Assembly: GCA_017409215.1 (NCBI GenBank)
Contig: JAFQTD010000036.1
Coordinates: 14,038 to 78,037, forward strand
Direction of reading: 5' to 3'
Length of the DNA: 64,000 bases
DNA from: Alphaproteobacteria bacterium
GTDB taxonomy: Bacteria > Pseudomonadota > Alphaproteobacteria > Rs-D84
Every line of letters starts with the position of its first letter. The stretch's first letter is position 1. The notes below the pieces were generated by a model that did no database searches, was not told where the DNA came from, and was given only the letters and a program-made list of their open reading frames with translations. Positions 37,379 to 47,732 of this stretch are shown piece after piece. The translations under genes and the position numbers were made by a program.

Positions 37379-38032
37379 ATGGCAAAAAATACAAATGTAA
37401 AATCTTATGTTAAATCTGGCATAGTTGCGGCGGTTGTTATTGCTGTTGCGGCGCTTGGTGTTTGGGGCGTATCGGCCCTTCGTCAAAACAGTGGTGCGCC
37501 TGTGGCGGATGCAATTGCGGGGGTCAGTGGTCAGGCAGCAAATGCCAGTGATTTGCGTTTGGCGGTGATTCGTATGGACGCAATTTTGGCGGATGCGTCT
37601 GCGTTAAAAGATTTGCGCGCACAGAAAGAAAAATATGAAAACGAATTGCGTGACGAATTAACCAAGGACCAAAAAGAACTTGAAAAAGAAAAGAAAGAAA
37701 TCGAAGAATCGCAAGACATTCTTTCGCGTGAGGCATTACAACGTCGTGTTGTAGAATACCAAGAAAAAGTCACAAAATTACAACGTGAATTGACGGAACG
37801 TGCACAATCGGTTGAACAGTCTTATCAGAAAGCATTGGCTGAATTACAGGCCAAACATCTGGACCCGATTATAGAAGGGGTTATAAACAAAAAGAACCTG
37901 TCTTTGGTGATTGACGGACGTATGGCGCGCATCGGTACAGGTGTCGAAGGTTTGGATATAACAGATGAAGTTATCAAGGCTTTTGATAAAAAAATATCAA
38001 AAATGAAAATGGAAAAACCAAAAGGTTTCTAA
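37379..38032 (+). CDS. OmpH/Skp-like periplasmic chaperone
   Basis: Signal/anchor region followed by a long coiled coil and an OmpH-like C-terminus. It lies upstream of the lpt genes. Terminator at 38035-38062. Confidence 0.5.
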   Translation: MAKNTNVKSYVKSGIVAAVVIAVAALGVWGVSALRQNSGAPVADAIAGVSGQAANASDLRLAVIRMDAILADASALKDLRAQKEKYENELRDELTKDQKELEKEKKEIEESQDILSREALQRRVVEYQEKVTKLQRELTERAQSVEQSYQKALAELQAKHLDPIIEGVINKKNLSLVIDGRMARIGTGVEGLDITDEVIKAFDKKISKMKMEKPKGF

Positions 38033-38034
38033 AA

Positions 38035-38062
38035 AAAATCCCCGTTTGGGGATTTTTTTTTA
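38035..38062 (+). terminator. rho-independent terminator (palindromic A-run/hairpin/T-run)
   Basis: AAAAAAAATCCCCGTTTGGGGATTTTTTTTT. The identical core recurs at 51896-51922. Confidence 0.6.
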
Positions 38063-38129
38063 GAAAACACTTTTTTGCATTTATATCTATGCCTTGAAAA
38101 CTGCAAACTAATATTTTATACTGCGTAAT

Positions 38130-39188
38130 ATGAAGATTCTGAAAAAATATTTTTCAAGGCAATTAATTGCTATATTCATAATGTTATTCCTGATATTAAC
38201 GGGATTGGCATGGATGATGCAAATTATGTCAATGATGAAATTTTTGCTAAAATATGGCATAGACGTTGGTGATTTTATTGGCTTAACATCATTGATGATA
38301 CCGTTCATTGCATCGATAATTGTGCCGTTTGTGTGCTTTATTTCGATTATATTCGTATATAACAAGATGATTTCAGACAATGAAATCACTGTTATGGCTG
38401 CATCTGGCCTGTCGCCATGGCAGATTGCGCGTCCTGCATTACGTCTGGGGGTATTGCTAACATTTTTTAATTTGTTGCTTAATATATGGATTGTTCCGTA
38501 TACTCAGGCCAGATTTTATGATATGCAGTGGAATTTGCAGTATGGTATGGCGCACATGAAATTACAAGAAGGTGCATTTACTGAAATATCGAATGGTCTG
38601 GTTGTTTATGTTGAAAGTGTTTCCGGACATGATTTGGGGCAGGTTATGTTATCTGATATGCGTGATGCGGACAATACCAGTATGATATTTGCAGAAAAGG
38701 GCAAATTGATTTCTACGGTTCGTGGCTTGTCTTTGGCGATGTCGAATGGTGCGCTACAGTCATCGGGTTCTGCGATGGCATCTGGAACATTTGATACATT
38801 TGATATGGATTTGAATGTTGTGGACAGGGGGGGCAACAATTCGTTTCGTGTTCGTCGGTTGCCGACATTGTATTTGATGCGTATTGCATTTGATGCGGCG
38901 ACCCAGCGTCAGCATAAAATGGTTTTGACGGAATTGTCCAATCGTTTTATCAGTCCTGTTATGAACATATTGTTGGCTGCATTATGTGCGACGATATTAT
39001 TACGTTCATCGTTATTACGTCGTCGTACCAGTTATGCGCCAATGGTCGCGGTTGCGTCTATGGCTGGGGTAATGGCATTATATATGTCTGCGACGAATAT
39101 GGTTGACACACTAACGCAATTGGCATTGTTGGCATTTGCTGTTGTTGCTTTGTTGGTTATAATATTGATGGTATTGGCAAAGAAATGA
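38130..39188 (+). CDS. LPS export ABC transporter permease LptF/LptG family
   Basis: N-terminus MKILKKYFSRQLIAIFIMLFLILTG is typical of YjgP/YjgQ. Six TMs and a periplasmic beta-jellyroll region. Confidence 0.8.
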   Translation: MKILKKYFSRQLIAIFIMLFLILTGLAWMMQIMSMMKFLLKYGIDVGDFIGLTSLMIPFIASIIVPFVCFISIIFVYNKMISDNEITVMAASGLSPWQIARPALRLGVLLTFFNLLLNIWIVPYTQARFYDMQWNLQYGMAHMKLQEGAFTEISNGLVVYVESVSGHDLGQVMLSDMRDADNTSMIFAEKGKLISTVRGLSLAMSNGALQSSGSAMASGTFDTFDMDLNVVDRGGNNSFRVRRLPTLYLMRIAFDAATQRQHKMVLTELSNRFISPVMNILLAALCATILLRSSLLRRRTSYAPMVAVASMAGVMALYMSATNMVDTLTQLALLAFAVVALLVIILMVLAKK

Positions 39189-41194
39189 AAAAAGTATTAG
39201 GTTTGTTTGTATTATTTTATTGTACAAATGCGCATTCGCTATCAGTTGACCTGAACGAAGCGCGCACTATTGTTGCGCCACGCATTGAATACGACGTTAA
39301 ACAAGACACGATAAAAACCGTTGGTGCGACCGAGATAACTAATACATCTGGCCAACGTTTAACACTGATTGATTCGTATATTTCAGAACGTGGGGAAGAA
39401 ATTGCCGGCGCTGATGTAAAATTATGGCTGGGCGACCATGTTTATATTGAATCTGATAATATTGTCCGCGAAGGCGATATAACCATTGCGCGTCACGCGA
39501 CATTTACTGCGTGTGATGATTGTGATTCATTTGGCAATGCCTGGCAGATATCTACGTACAAGATTATACACAATGACGACACACGAATGTTAAAATTTTT
39601 CAGTCCTGTTTTACGTGTATATGATGTACCTGCGTTATGGTGGCCTTATTTCGAGATGCCCGACCCGAGTGTAAAATACAAGACAGGTTTTTTAATGCCT
39701 GATTTAGAATCAACCAATAAAATGGGTACTCAGGTAAATATTCCGTTTTACATATCATTATCTGACACACATGATATGACATTTACGTTATCGTATTTGA
39801 CCCAAGAAAATCCATTATTTCAATTGCAACATCGCTTGAACGCGCCACATTCAGAATACAGAACCCAAGGTTCGTTTACGCACAACCAAGCGGGCGAAAA
39901 TCGTTGGCATATATTCAATGACGATATAATCGAACTTGGTGAAAATGCGCGCGCAACGATATTTTTGGAACGCACATCTGACAAAACGTATTTACAGAAA
40001 TATGGTTTTTACTCGGACCAGCCGTATTTAGATTCTGGGGCAAAATTAGAATTGTTTGGGCAAAGCAGTTATGTTGTTGCGGACGCGCATATATTCCAAG
40101 AATTGCGTAACAGCAGTGGCACCTGGGCGGCGCCTGATGGTAATATATTGCCTAATATACGTGCTGTTTATCAGACTGCGCCAATATTTCAAGAAACATA
40201 TGCGACATTTGCGACAGATATATTGGGTATATCTGGTGATGGGACATCGACACAACGTGTAATCGGTGATGTTCGGCTGACAACGCCATGGACGTTATGG
40301 GGTGGGAATCGTTTAACGGCCAGTTTATCTGCGCGCTATGATTTGTATCACTTTAACAATACACAAATGGTTAATGGCGATTTATTTTCTGGCTTCAAGA
40401 ATCGTTTCTTGCCCAGTGGTTATTTAGAATGGGGATTGCCAATGTATCGCGCGGCCAGCAAATGGACACAGATATTGGAACCACGCGCGCGAATAACAAT
40501 GATGCGCCATATGGACGAAGAAGAACTGGCATTAAATAATGATTCTGCTGGAACGATATTAACAGACAGCACTCTATTTTCAACCAATCGCCTGTCAGGA
40601 CTGGATTTATGGGAAAACGGAACGTATGCTGATTATGGTATGCGCTGGGCGGCATTCAGTCCCAAGGGTGATAATATCGAAGTTTTTCTGGGTCAATCAT
40701 ACGATTTCACAGACCGTCCATCGATTGATATGAACAGTGGTTTTCACAATGGCTTATCAGATTATGTCGGTCGTATCAGTTATAACAATATGCGTGGAAT
40801 AAACCTTGCGACACGTTTTCGTTTAAGCCAAGATGACTTGTCATTGAATCACATGGAAACCAGTGCCAGACTGGGCAAGGGCAAAAACTTTCTTAACATA
40901 GGACACATCTGGTCACAGAACCTGAATACAGAATTAGTTGATGTAATAGATGTTAACGAAGCGATTGTTGGTGCTGGTATTCAATTAACTGACCGCTGGT
41001 CGATGCGTTGGAATGCGGTATATAGTATGGCATATGACCAGTTTATGCGTCATGGTGGTGGTCTGTTCTATAGTCATCCTTGTTATTATTTATCTATTGA
41101 ATATCGTCACGATAACACGATAAAGGATGATTATATCGGAAACACAACGTTTCAATTCAAGTTTGGTATGGCCATAAACGGTCAACAATATTGA
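39185..41194 (+). CDS. lptD: LPS-assembly protein LptD (OstA)
   Basis: 669 aa with a signal peptide, an OstA-like N-terminal domain and a large C-terminal barrel. The lptD-surA-rlmN order is conserved. Confidence 0.65.
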   Translation: MKKVLGLFVLFYCTNAHSLSVDLNEARTIVAPRIEYDVKQDTIKTVGATEITNTSGQRLTLIDSYISERGEEIAGADVKLWLGDHVYIESDNIVREGDITIARHATFTACDDCDSFGNAWQISTYKIIHNDDTRMLKFFSPVLRVYDVPALWWPYFEMPDPSVKYKTGFLMPDLESTNKMGTQVNIPFYISLSDTHDMTFTLSYLTQENPLFQLQHRLNAPHSEYRTQGSFTHNQAGENRWHIFNDDIIELGENARATIFLERTSDKTYLQKYGFYSDQPYLDSGAKLELFGQSSYVVADAHIFQELRNSSGTWAAPDGNILPNIRAVYQTAPIFQETYATFATDILGISGDGTSTQRVIGDVRLTTPWTLWGGNRLTASLSARYDLYHFNNTQMVNGDLFSGFKNRFLPSGYLEWGLPMYRAASKWTQILEPRARITMMRHMDEEELALNNDSAGTILTDSTLFSTNRLSGLDLWENGTYADYGMRWAAFSPKGDNIEVFLGQSYDFTDRPSIDMNSGFHNGLSDYVGRISYNNMRGINLATRFRLSQDDLSLNHMETSARLGKGKNFLNIGHIWSQNLNTELVDVIDVNEAIVGAGIQLTDRWSMRWNAVYSMAYDQFMRHGGGLFYSHPCYYLSIEYRHDNTIKDDYIGNTTFQFKFGMAINGQQY

Positions 41195-41212
41195 TTACCC
41201 AAGGAAAGAAAG

Positions 41213-42040
41213 ATGAGAATAATAAATTACAGCATAGTTTTACTTTCGTTTATATTTGCGTTGCCCGCGCAAGGCGCAACGATTGTTGCCAGTATAAATG
41301 GCACACCGATAACAGATACAGATATAACTGCACGCACGAAATTGATGGCGCGCCAAGGGCAAACATCAACAGACAATCGTCGTGTTGCATTACAAAATAT
41401 CATCGATGATAATATCAAAATAGAATACGCCAAGAATTTTAATGCGATACCTGACGACAAAACGATTGATGCCGAATTAAAGAAGTTAAATTTGTCTGAT
41501 ATGACGGTCTCAGAACGTGAAATGGCGCGTAATGCATTGCGGTCCGAGATTGCATGGCAAATCATTGTTGGTCGTACAGTTTTACCAACGGTCAGCATTT
41601 CTGCCGAAGATATCGCGGCCGAACGTGCCGGTCTTGCGCGGGAACATGGACTGCCGATAGAGATGACCTTGATACGTCTAACAGATATTCCATCGGACAT
41701 AGCGTCAAAATTAACTGCGCCAAAATCGTGTGATGATGCGCTGGAAATGGCGCGTGCGCTTGGTGGTGTGCCGCAAAAATTCACCGCTGTTCAATATGAA
41801 TTATCGCCTGAAATCCGCGAACGTGTTGCGACACTGCCCCTGATGCGCTGGTCATCACATATGGATGATTCTGTATTATTAGTATGCAGTACCCGGAAAA
41901 CAAGCGAATACAAAAACCTTGACGATATTATTCGCCAAAACGCGACGTACAAACATGCGATGATGTTGGCGAATCAACAGCTAAAACAACTAAGGCGCAA
42001 GGCTGTAATCGTAATAAATGACGACAGGTATAAATTATGA
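41213..42040 (+). CDS. SurA N-terminal-domain chaperone (short SurA-like)
   Basis: Signal peptide MRIINYSIVLLSFIFALPAQG followed by a SurA_N-like sequence. At 275 aa it probably lacks one PPIase domain. Confidence 0.6.
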   Translation: MRIINYSIVLLSFIFALPAQGATIVASINGTPITDTDITARTKLMARQGQTSTDNRRVALQNIIDDNIKIEYAKNFNAIPDDKTIDAELKKLNLSDMTVSEREMARNALRSEIAWQIIVGRTVLPTVSISAEDIAAERAGLAREHGLPIEMTLIRLTDIPSDIASKLTAPKSCDDALEMARALGGVPQKFTAVQYELSPEIRERVATLPLMRWSSHMDDSVLLVCSTRKTSEYKNLDDIIRQNATYKHAMMLANQQLKQLRRKAVIVINDDRYKL

Positions 42041-43134
42041 AACCGATATTATTTAACTTCACAGATTCAGAACTAGAAGATTTTATTACCAAAATGGGAC
42101 AGCCAAAGTTTCGTGCGCGTCAGTTGCGCGAATGGTTAATGCGTGGTGCGCCTAATTTTTCTGTTATGAAGAACATCCCAGAAACTCTGCGCAATGATTT
42201 AGATGCGATTGCCCAGACTTTGCCAACCAAGATTGTAAAAAAACTTGAATCATCTGATGGCGAAACGACCAAGTTTTTATTGGAATTATCTGATGGCGAA
42301 CAGATTGAATCTGTATTGATGCGCACGACATACGGCAACAGTGTTTGTGTCAGTTCCCAGGCCGGTTGTGCAATGGGGTGTAAATTTTGTGCCAGTACAT
42401 TACTTGGGCTAAAGCGCAATTTATCATCGAACGAAATCTTGTCCCAGGTTTTAACCGCCCAGTGGGAATTGCGCAGCGCCAGAAATTCTGAAAGCAACAT
42501 CCGCCCAAATGGCGACGCAAACAATGGTGACGTATCGCATATTGTTATAATGGGAACGGGCGAACCCTTACAAAACACCGAAAACGTAATTGATTTTATA
42601 GAGCGTGCAAATTCCACCCTGGGCATATCGTGGCGACGTATAACATTGTCCACATGTGGGATTGTTGATGGCATAGACCGTTTGATTGAATGGGGTCGCC
42701 CGATAAATCTTGCGATAACCTTGCATGCACCAACTGATGAATTACGTTCCCAGATAATGCCAATAAACAATCGTTATCGCCTGTCAGATGTATTATCTGC
42801 CGCGTGGCGTTTTACGGACCTGCACAATCGTCAATTGATGATAGAGTATATTTTACTGGGGCGCAAAGACGAAAACGGTGAAACATACTTGTATAATGCC
42901 ACCCCAGAGTATGCAGAAAAGTTATCTAAATTATTAGCGGGAAAAAATTGTATGGTCAATTTGATTCCATGGAATGCTGTTGATGAACGCGATTTTGCAT
43001 CATTATCGGGCAATGCCGTTCACAGATTTCAAGATATCTTGATACAGAACGGCATTCATACCCGAATTCGTCGTGAACGTGGTACAGACATTGGTTCTGC
43101 CTGTGGTCAGCTGCGCCTGAACAATGCAAAATAA
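42037..43134 (+). CDS. rlmN: 23S rRNA/tRNA (adenine-C2)-methyltransferase, radical SAM
   Basis: Radical-SAM CxxxCxxC motif CAMGCKFCAS. Confidence 0.9.
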   Translation: MKPILFNFTDSELEDFITKMGQPKFRARQLREWLMRGAPNFSVMKNIPETLRNDLDAIAQTLPTKIVKKLESSDGETTKFLLELSDGEQIESVLMRTTYGNSVCVSSQAGCAMGCKFCASTLLGLKRNLSSNEILSQVLTAQWELRSARNSESNIRPNGDANNGDVSHIVIMGTGEPLQNTENVIDFIERANSTLGISWRRITLSTCGIVDGIDRLIEWGRPINLAITLHAPTDELRSQIMPINNRYRLSDVLSAAWRFTDLHNRQLMIEYILLGRKDENGETYLYNATPEYAEKLSKLLAGKNCMVNLIPWNAVDERDFASLSGNAVHRFQDILIQNGIHTRIRRERGTDIGSACGQLRLNNAK

Positions 43135-43166
43135 AGTCATGAAATAATTGTGCCAAGAATTTTTGA

Positions 43167-44195
43167 TTAAAATATCAAACGCATACCCGCTGATATAAAC
43201 GGTGCCTTTGATGTGATTCCCCCTGAAATCCATCCATCAACAAATTCGCTGTATTTATATCTGAACGAAGCGATTGCCATATTATCAGCAAAGTCATCAA
43301 CATTTTTTTGCCAAACACCAGTATCTGAAAACATATATGTCAACGATATACTGTATTTCAGTAAATCATAGCTAATCCCTGTACCAACAACAAATCCATC
43401 AGATACCGGCCCAATTGGATTTTTATCATAAATCACGCGTGCTGTTGTACCCCAAATCCAGCTGTTATATTGCATATTCATCCCCAGCGATACCTGTGCG
43501 CGCCAATCGGCTGTCACCCCTGGGGTATAAACTTCGTTATCAAAATCGTCGGGATTTTTCATAAAAGACGCGCCAACAGAATATGCTGTTTTTACTTTAC
43601 CACTGGAATTTTTTATTTTGATTCCGCCATCAATTGCCCAGTCATAGTTATCTGTTATTCCTGCAACAGATATTCCGTATTGTACACCGGTGGCTGGTGC
43701 AGACGCGATATTCAGCCGCAAAGAATTACTGCGCCCAGATGTAAGTGTTGTGTCTGCAATAACTGGACCGTCTGGGATAATCTTTTCATTGAACAGTGGT
43801 CTGTCATTAATACGTAATCCGCCAACATCCGGCAACCCCAGCCCCAGTTTACGTGCGATTGAATCGGTAAATCCCACCTCAATCCGGCCCAAAGATTTTG
43901 ATTCGACAAATGCAAATGTTTCGCGTGAAAAGTTTCCTTTGTCCAGTGCCGCCTGATCCATTGCATACACCAGACCAAATTTATATTCCTGACTTGCGGT
44001 ATATGTTATTTGTCCCCGCGCGCGCCAATCGCCAATGAACAGTGGTGATTTAAAATCTGGTTCAATCATTCCCACCGTTCCATATCCTGTCAATTTAACA
44101 GAAACCCTGTCATAATCGAATTGCAGTGCATTTGCGAATTGTGGCAGGGCTATAAAAAATAATGCATATAAAAGTGTTTTTTTTGCTGTATTCAT
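43167..44195 (-). CDS. outer-membrane beta-barrel protein (porin-like), hypothetical
   Basis: Start at the ATG at 44195 gives signal peptide MNTAKKTLLYALFFIALPQFANA. The sequence has alternating amphipathic beta strands and a C-terminal Phe (MRLIF). Confidence 0.5.
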   Translation of the reverse strand: MNTAKKTLLYALFFIALPQFANALQFDYDRVSVKLTGYGTVGMIEPDFKSPLFIGDWRARGQITYTASQEYKFGLVYAMDQAALDKGNFSRETFAFVESKSLGRIEVGFTDSIARKLGLGLPDVGGLRINDRPLFNEKIIPDGPVIADTTLTSGRSNSLRLNIASAPATGVQYGISVAGITDNYDWAIDGGIKIKNSSGKVKTAYSVGASFMKNPDDFDNEVYTPGVTADWRAQVSLGMNMQYNSWIWGTTARVIYDKNPIGPVSDGFVVGTGISYDLLKYSISLTYMFSDTGVWQKNVDDFADNMAIASFRYKYSEFVDGWISGGITSKAPFISAGMRLIF

Positions 44196-44196
44196 T

Positions 44197-45111
44197 TTAT
44201 TTGTTTCCATCTGCATCGCTAAGAATTGCGTCACGCAATTTTTTGTATGCGCGTTCTTCGATTTGTCTGACACGTTCGCGTGAAATTCCATATTTTTGCG
44301 ACAATGATTCCAATGTTGCGACGGGCTGTTTCAGTCTGCGCGCGACCAAGATTTCTCTATCCCGTTCGGACATTTTTGCCAGATTTTTTTTCAACAATTC
44401 GTATCCACGTCTTCTAAATTCCACCTGTTCCAGTGTTTCTTCGATTGTGTCGCAACCATCTGTCATATTAGACAGAATATCAGATGCCCCGTCATCTGTA
44501 TTCATTGGTGCATTCAACGACAAATCACGCGCGCCAATACGTGTTGCCATACGTGCGACATCTTTTTCTGGCACTTCCAGATAATTTGCGATTTGTTTTG
44601 TTTGTTCATCGCTAAGATTATTATCCATAATCCCCAGTGCGCGTTTTGCGCGTGCCAGATTAAAGAAAACTTTTTTTTGATTTGCGGACGTTCCGATTCG
44701 TACGATTGACCAATTGCTCAGGATTGTTTCGTATATTTCTGCCTTAATCCAGAACATTGCGTATGTTGAAAATCTGAAACCCTTTTCTGGGTCAAATTTT
44801 TGCACCGCCTGCATCAGTCCCATATTACCACTGGCAATTAAATCAGCGATTGGTATGCCATAGTTTTTATAATCGTATGCAACCGACACAACCAGTCGCA
44901 GATGGCTGACCACCAATTTTTCTGCGGCAAACGCGTCTTGATTTTTCACCCATTGCGTTGCGTATTCGTATTCCTGTTCTGCTGTCAGCACAGGTATTCG
45001 TTGCACAGATTGTATATATTGCGCCAGTCCACTTTCGTCACTGACCCCGCGTGCAGCAACAATAGAAGTGTTTTTTAATACTGGTATTGTGTTCTTGATT
45101 TCCTTTTTCAT
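44197..45111 (-). CDS. rpoH: RNA polymerase sigma-32 factor
   Basis: Sigma-70 regions 2 and 4 plus an RpoH box-like QKKVFFNLARAKR. The start at the internal ATG (45111) gives an N-terminal length matching RpoH. The track start is a TTG at 45147. Confidence 0.85.
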   Translation of the reverse strand: MKKEIKNTIPVLKNTSIVAARGVSDESGLAQYIQSVQRIPVLTAEQEYEYATQWVKNQDAFAAEKLVVSHLRLVVSVAYDYKNYGIPIADLIASGNMGLMQAVQKFDPEKGFRFSTYAMFWIKAEIYETILSNWSIVRIGTSANQKKVFFNLARAKRALGIMDNNLSDEQTKQIANYLEVPEKDVARMATRIGARDLSLNAPMNTDDGASDILSNMTDGCDTIEETLEQVEFRRRGYELLKKNLAKMSERDREILVARRLKQPVATLESLSQKYGISRERVRQIEERAYKKLRDAILSDADGNK

Positions 45112-45165
45112 AACTTTTATAGTATAACATAATTTAGTAATTATCAAGCCACAGGAGAATTTATT

Positions 45166-45816
45166 ATGGCAACAATCTTAGAAAGAAATAAAAACATCAA
45201 AACACCCAAGAAAACGTATGCAGAACATATGGAAGACGCCCTTTATCGCGAGGTATGGGAAGATGTTAATAATGAAAAAACAATGCGCTTTATCAAGAAA
45301 TATTCACGCCATATCATTTATGCTGTGATATTTATTCTGTTGGTTGCATCTGGTATTCAGATTGGTATGCGTGCGCACCAATCGAAAAAGGTTGCGACTG
45401 CGATTGCGTACGAAACAGCATTGTCAAATCTTGATTCAAATGCATTGGCGTCGTTGTCTGATAATTCGTCTGGCGCAACTGCAGATTTGGCATTGTTTCA
45501 ATCTTATTTGCTGGACAAGGATGAAAAGAAACTAGAAAAACTGGCTGAAAATGGACACAGTCGTGATTTTCGTGATTTGGCACGCATTCACCTTGTTGCG
45601 GTACGTGGTAATGCGATGTCTGCCCCCCAGGTCGAAGAATATTTGTCTGAATTAACAACCAAAGATTCGCCATATTATTACAATGCGATGTTGTTGATTG
45701 CGCAAAAGTATTTGTCAGTTGGCGAACAGGACGTCGCAAACAAATGGCTGGACCGTATTATCAATGATGAATCTGCACCTGCATCTATCACTGGTGTCGC
45801 ACAAACATTACGTTAA
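45166..45816 (+). CDS. YfgM-like membrane-anchored TPR-like protein
   Basis: Cytoplasmic N-terminus, one TM, a helical periplasmic domain. It sits directly upstream of a BamB-like gene, as yfgM-bamB do in enterobacteria. Confidence 0.4.
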   Translation: MATILERNKNIKTPKKTYAEHMEDALYREVWEDVNNEKTMRFIKKYSRHIIYAVIFILLVASGIQIGMRAHQSKKVATAIAYETALSNLDSNALASLSDNSSGATADLALFQSYLLDKDEKKLEKLAENGHSRDFRDLARIHLVAVRGNAMSAPQVEEYLSELTTKDSPYYYNAMLLIAQKYLSVGEQDVANKWLDRIINDESAPASITGVAQTLR

Positions 45817-45833
45817 TATTTCCTGGGGGCAAA

Positions 45834-46562
45834 ATGCGCAAGATTTACTTTATAGTATGTTGTATAACTTTATTATCTGCGTGTGACAAGCACGACCCGA
45901 TTTTGACTGGCATTCGAACCCCGATATTTGACGGTGGTCAGATACGTGTTTTAAATCAGACGATAACAGACGTGCCACCAGACGTGCATACGTATGATAA
46001 TTCTGCATGTAAATATACCCAGGATTCAAAAAACATTGTTTGGGATGGCGCGCGCAGGGTTTTTTCCGGCTTTGCAACAAATAATACAGTGTCTGGCACG
46101 CGCACCCCAATATGCAGTGGCAAATATTTATACGCAGGTCTGTCAACAGGCGAAGTTGTAAAACTAAATCCAAAAAGTCGTTCTGTCTTGTGGATTGCGG
46201 ACGTATATCGTACCAGTAATCTAACAGGTGGCGCGTCAATGGTTGATATTGTTGCGCCGATTGTACCGTATGGCGATTCGATTTATGCAGGTGGTCTGGG
46301 GGATGCGTTTTGTCGTATAAACGCAATCAGTGGCGCAAAGCATTGGTGTGTTGATTTGTCTGTTGGTATTCCTTTTATTTTGGCGGGCAATTATGCCTTT
46401 GTTGTATCATCAGATGGTAATCTGAATGCAGTGTCATTGAAAAAAGGCGATGTTTTCTGGCGCACACCGGTGACTGCACAATCTGCGCCGATTTATTCGG
46501 ACGGTGTAATAACGGTTGGCAAAGAACGCATAAATGTTGCGGATGGTAAAAAAATAAAATAA
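45834..46562 (+). CDS. PQQ-like beta-propeller lipoprotein (short BamB-like)
   Basis: Lipoprotein signal MRKIYFIVCCITLLSAC plus PQQ-like repeats. At 242 aa it is shorter than canonical BamB. Terminator at 46561-46587. Confidence 0.5.
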   Translation: MRKIYFIVCCITLLSACDKHDPILTGIRTPIFDGGQIRVLNQTITDVPPDVHTYDNSACKYTQDSKNIVWDGARRVFSGFATNNTVSGTRTPICSGKYLYAGLSTGEVVKLNPKSRSVLWIADVYRTSNLTGGASMVDIVAPIVPYGDSIYAGGLGDAFCRINAISGAKHWCVDLSVGIPFILAGNYAFVVSSDGNLNAVSLKKGDVFWRTPVTAQSAPIYSDGVITVGKERINVADGKKIK

Positions 46563-46592
46563 AAAAGTGCCGAATGGCACTTTTTTTAATTC

Positions 46593-46669
46593 TGGTGGGT
46601 GTTGAGGGACTCAAACCCCCGACCCTCTCGGTGTAAACGAGATGCTCTAATCAACTGAGCTAAACACCC
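46593..46669 (-). tRNA. tRNA-Val (anticodon TAC)
   Basis: The reverse complement folds as a cloverleaf: acceptor GGGUGUU/AACACCC, anticodon stem UCUCG/CGAGA with loop UUUACAC, T loop UUUGAGU, and CCA encoded. Confidence 0.85.
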
Positions 46670-46784
46670 GACAAAGCAAGCAAGATAATATAATATATTT
46701 TTTTACTTGTCTAGTATTTTTTTTGCGTTTTGTGTTTTTTTAGTTTAGAATACTTTTTGCAATAACGTACAAAGGAGAAAATAT

Positions 46785-47423
46785 ATGAAAAAAATCGTAT
46801 CTGTACTTGTTTTAACTGCATTGGTATCGGGTTGTACAACTGTAAATCCATATACGGGTCAAACACAAACAGCAAAATCTACTTGGGGAACTGCGATTGG
46901 CGCAACTGCAGGCGCATTATTGGGCAGCACGAAAAGCAGCGAAGCCGCATTGTTGGGTGGTTTGGCAGGCGCAGCCGTTGGTGGTGGTGTTGGCTATTAT
47001 CTGGATGTTCAGGCGGCTGAATTGCGTTCTGAATTGGTGTCAACAGGTGTTCAGGTTATTGAATCTGATGACAGTATTCGTTTGGTTATGCCTGGCAACA
47101 TCACGTTCAAGACGGATTCTGCGGATATAAATTCATCATTTTATCCAGTGTTAAATTCTGTGGCGCGCGTATTAAAGAAATATGATAATTCAACAGTATT
47201 GGTTTCTGGACATACAGACAGCACCGGTTCTGCGGATTATAATCTAAATCTGTCGCGCAATCGTGCACAATCTGTCGCGGCATATTTACAAGGGCAAGGG
47301 ATTAAGGCATCGCGATTTGAAGTAATGGGATTAGGTTCATCGAATCCAATTGCATCAAATGAAACCGCATCTGGACGTGAACAAAATCGTCGTGTGGAAA
47401 TCAAGATTATCCCAAACAAATAA
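46785..47423 (+). CDS. OmpA-family lipoprotein with glycine-zipper region
   Basis: Lipobox LVSGC, then a Gly-zipper (GTAIGATAGALLG...GGLAGAAVGGGVGYY) and a C-terminal OmpA domain (NLNLSRNRAQSVAAYL). Strong RBS AAAGGAGAA. Confidence 0.75.
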   Translation: MKKIVSVLVLTALVSGCTTVNPYTGQTQTAKSTWGTAIGATAGALLGSTKSSEAALLGGLAGAAVGGGVGYYLDVQAAELRSELVSTGVQVIESDDSIRLVMPGNITFKTDSADINSSFYPVLNSVARVLKKYDNSTVLVSGHTDSTGSADYNLNLSRNRAQSVAAYLQGQGIKASRFEVMGLGSSNPIASNETASGREQNRRVEIKIIPNK

Positions 47424-47506
47424 TAAAAGTCGCCCATTCGGGCGATTTTTTATTGCAAGTTTATTATTCTTTTTGTATCTTCAACAGGTGCACAAAAGGA
47501 ATAAAA

Positions 47507-47701
47507 ATGGAAGAAAACAAACTAACATTCGAAGAGGCTTACAAACAGTTAATGGAACTGGTGAAAAAGATGGAATCTGGTGAATTACCATTGGCTGATT
47601 CTGTTGCTGCCTACGAACAGGGAATTAAACTAAAGGCATACTGCGAACAGTTGCTAAAAGAAGCAGAATTAAAAATAGAAACATTAAAAATTAACGCTTA
47701 A
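47507..47701 (+). CDS. xseB: exodeoxyribonuclease VII small subunit
   Basis: 64 aa, MEENKLTFEEAYKQLMELVKKMESGELPLADSVAAYEQGIKLKAYCEQLL, matching the XseB family. Confidence 0.8.
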   Translation: MEENKLTFEEAYKQLMELVKKMESGELPLADSVAAYEQGIKLKAYCEQLLKEAELKIETLKINA

Positions 47702-47732
47702 TTGTATTAGTTTTAACCATTGGGATATTATC

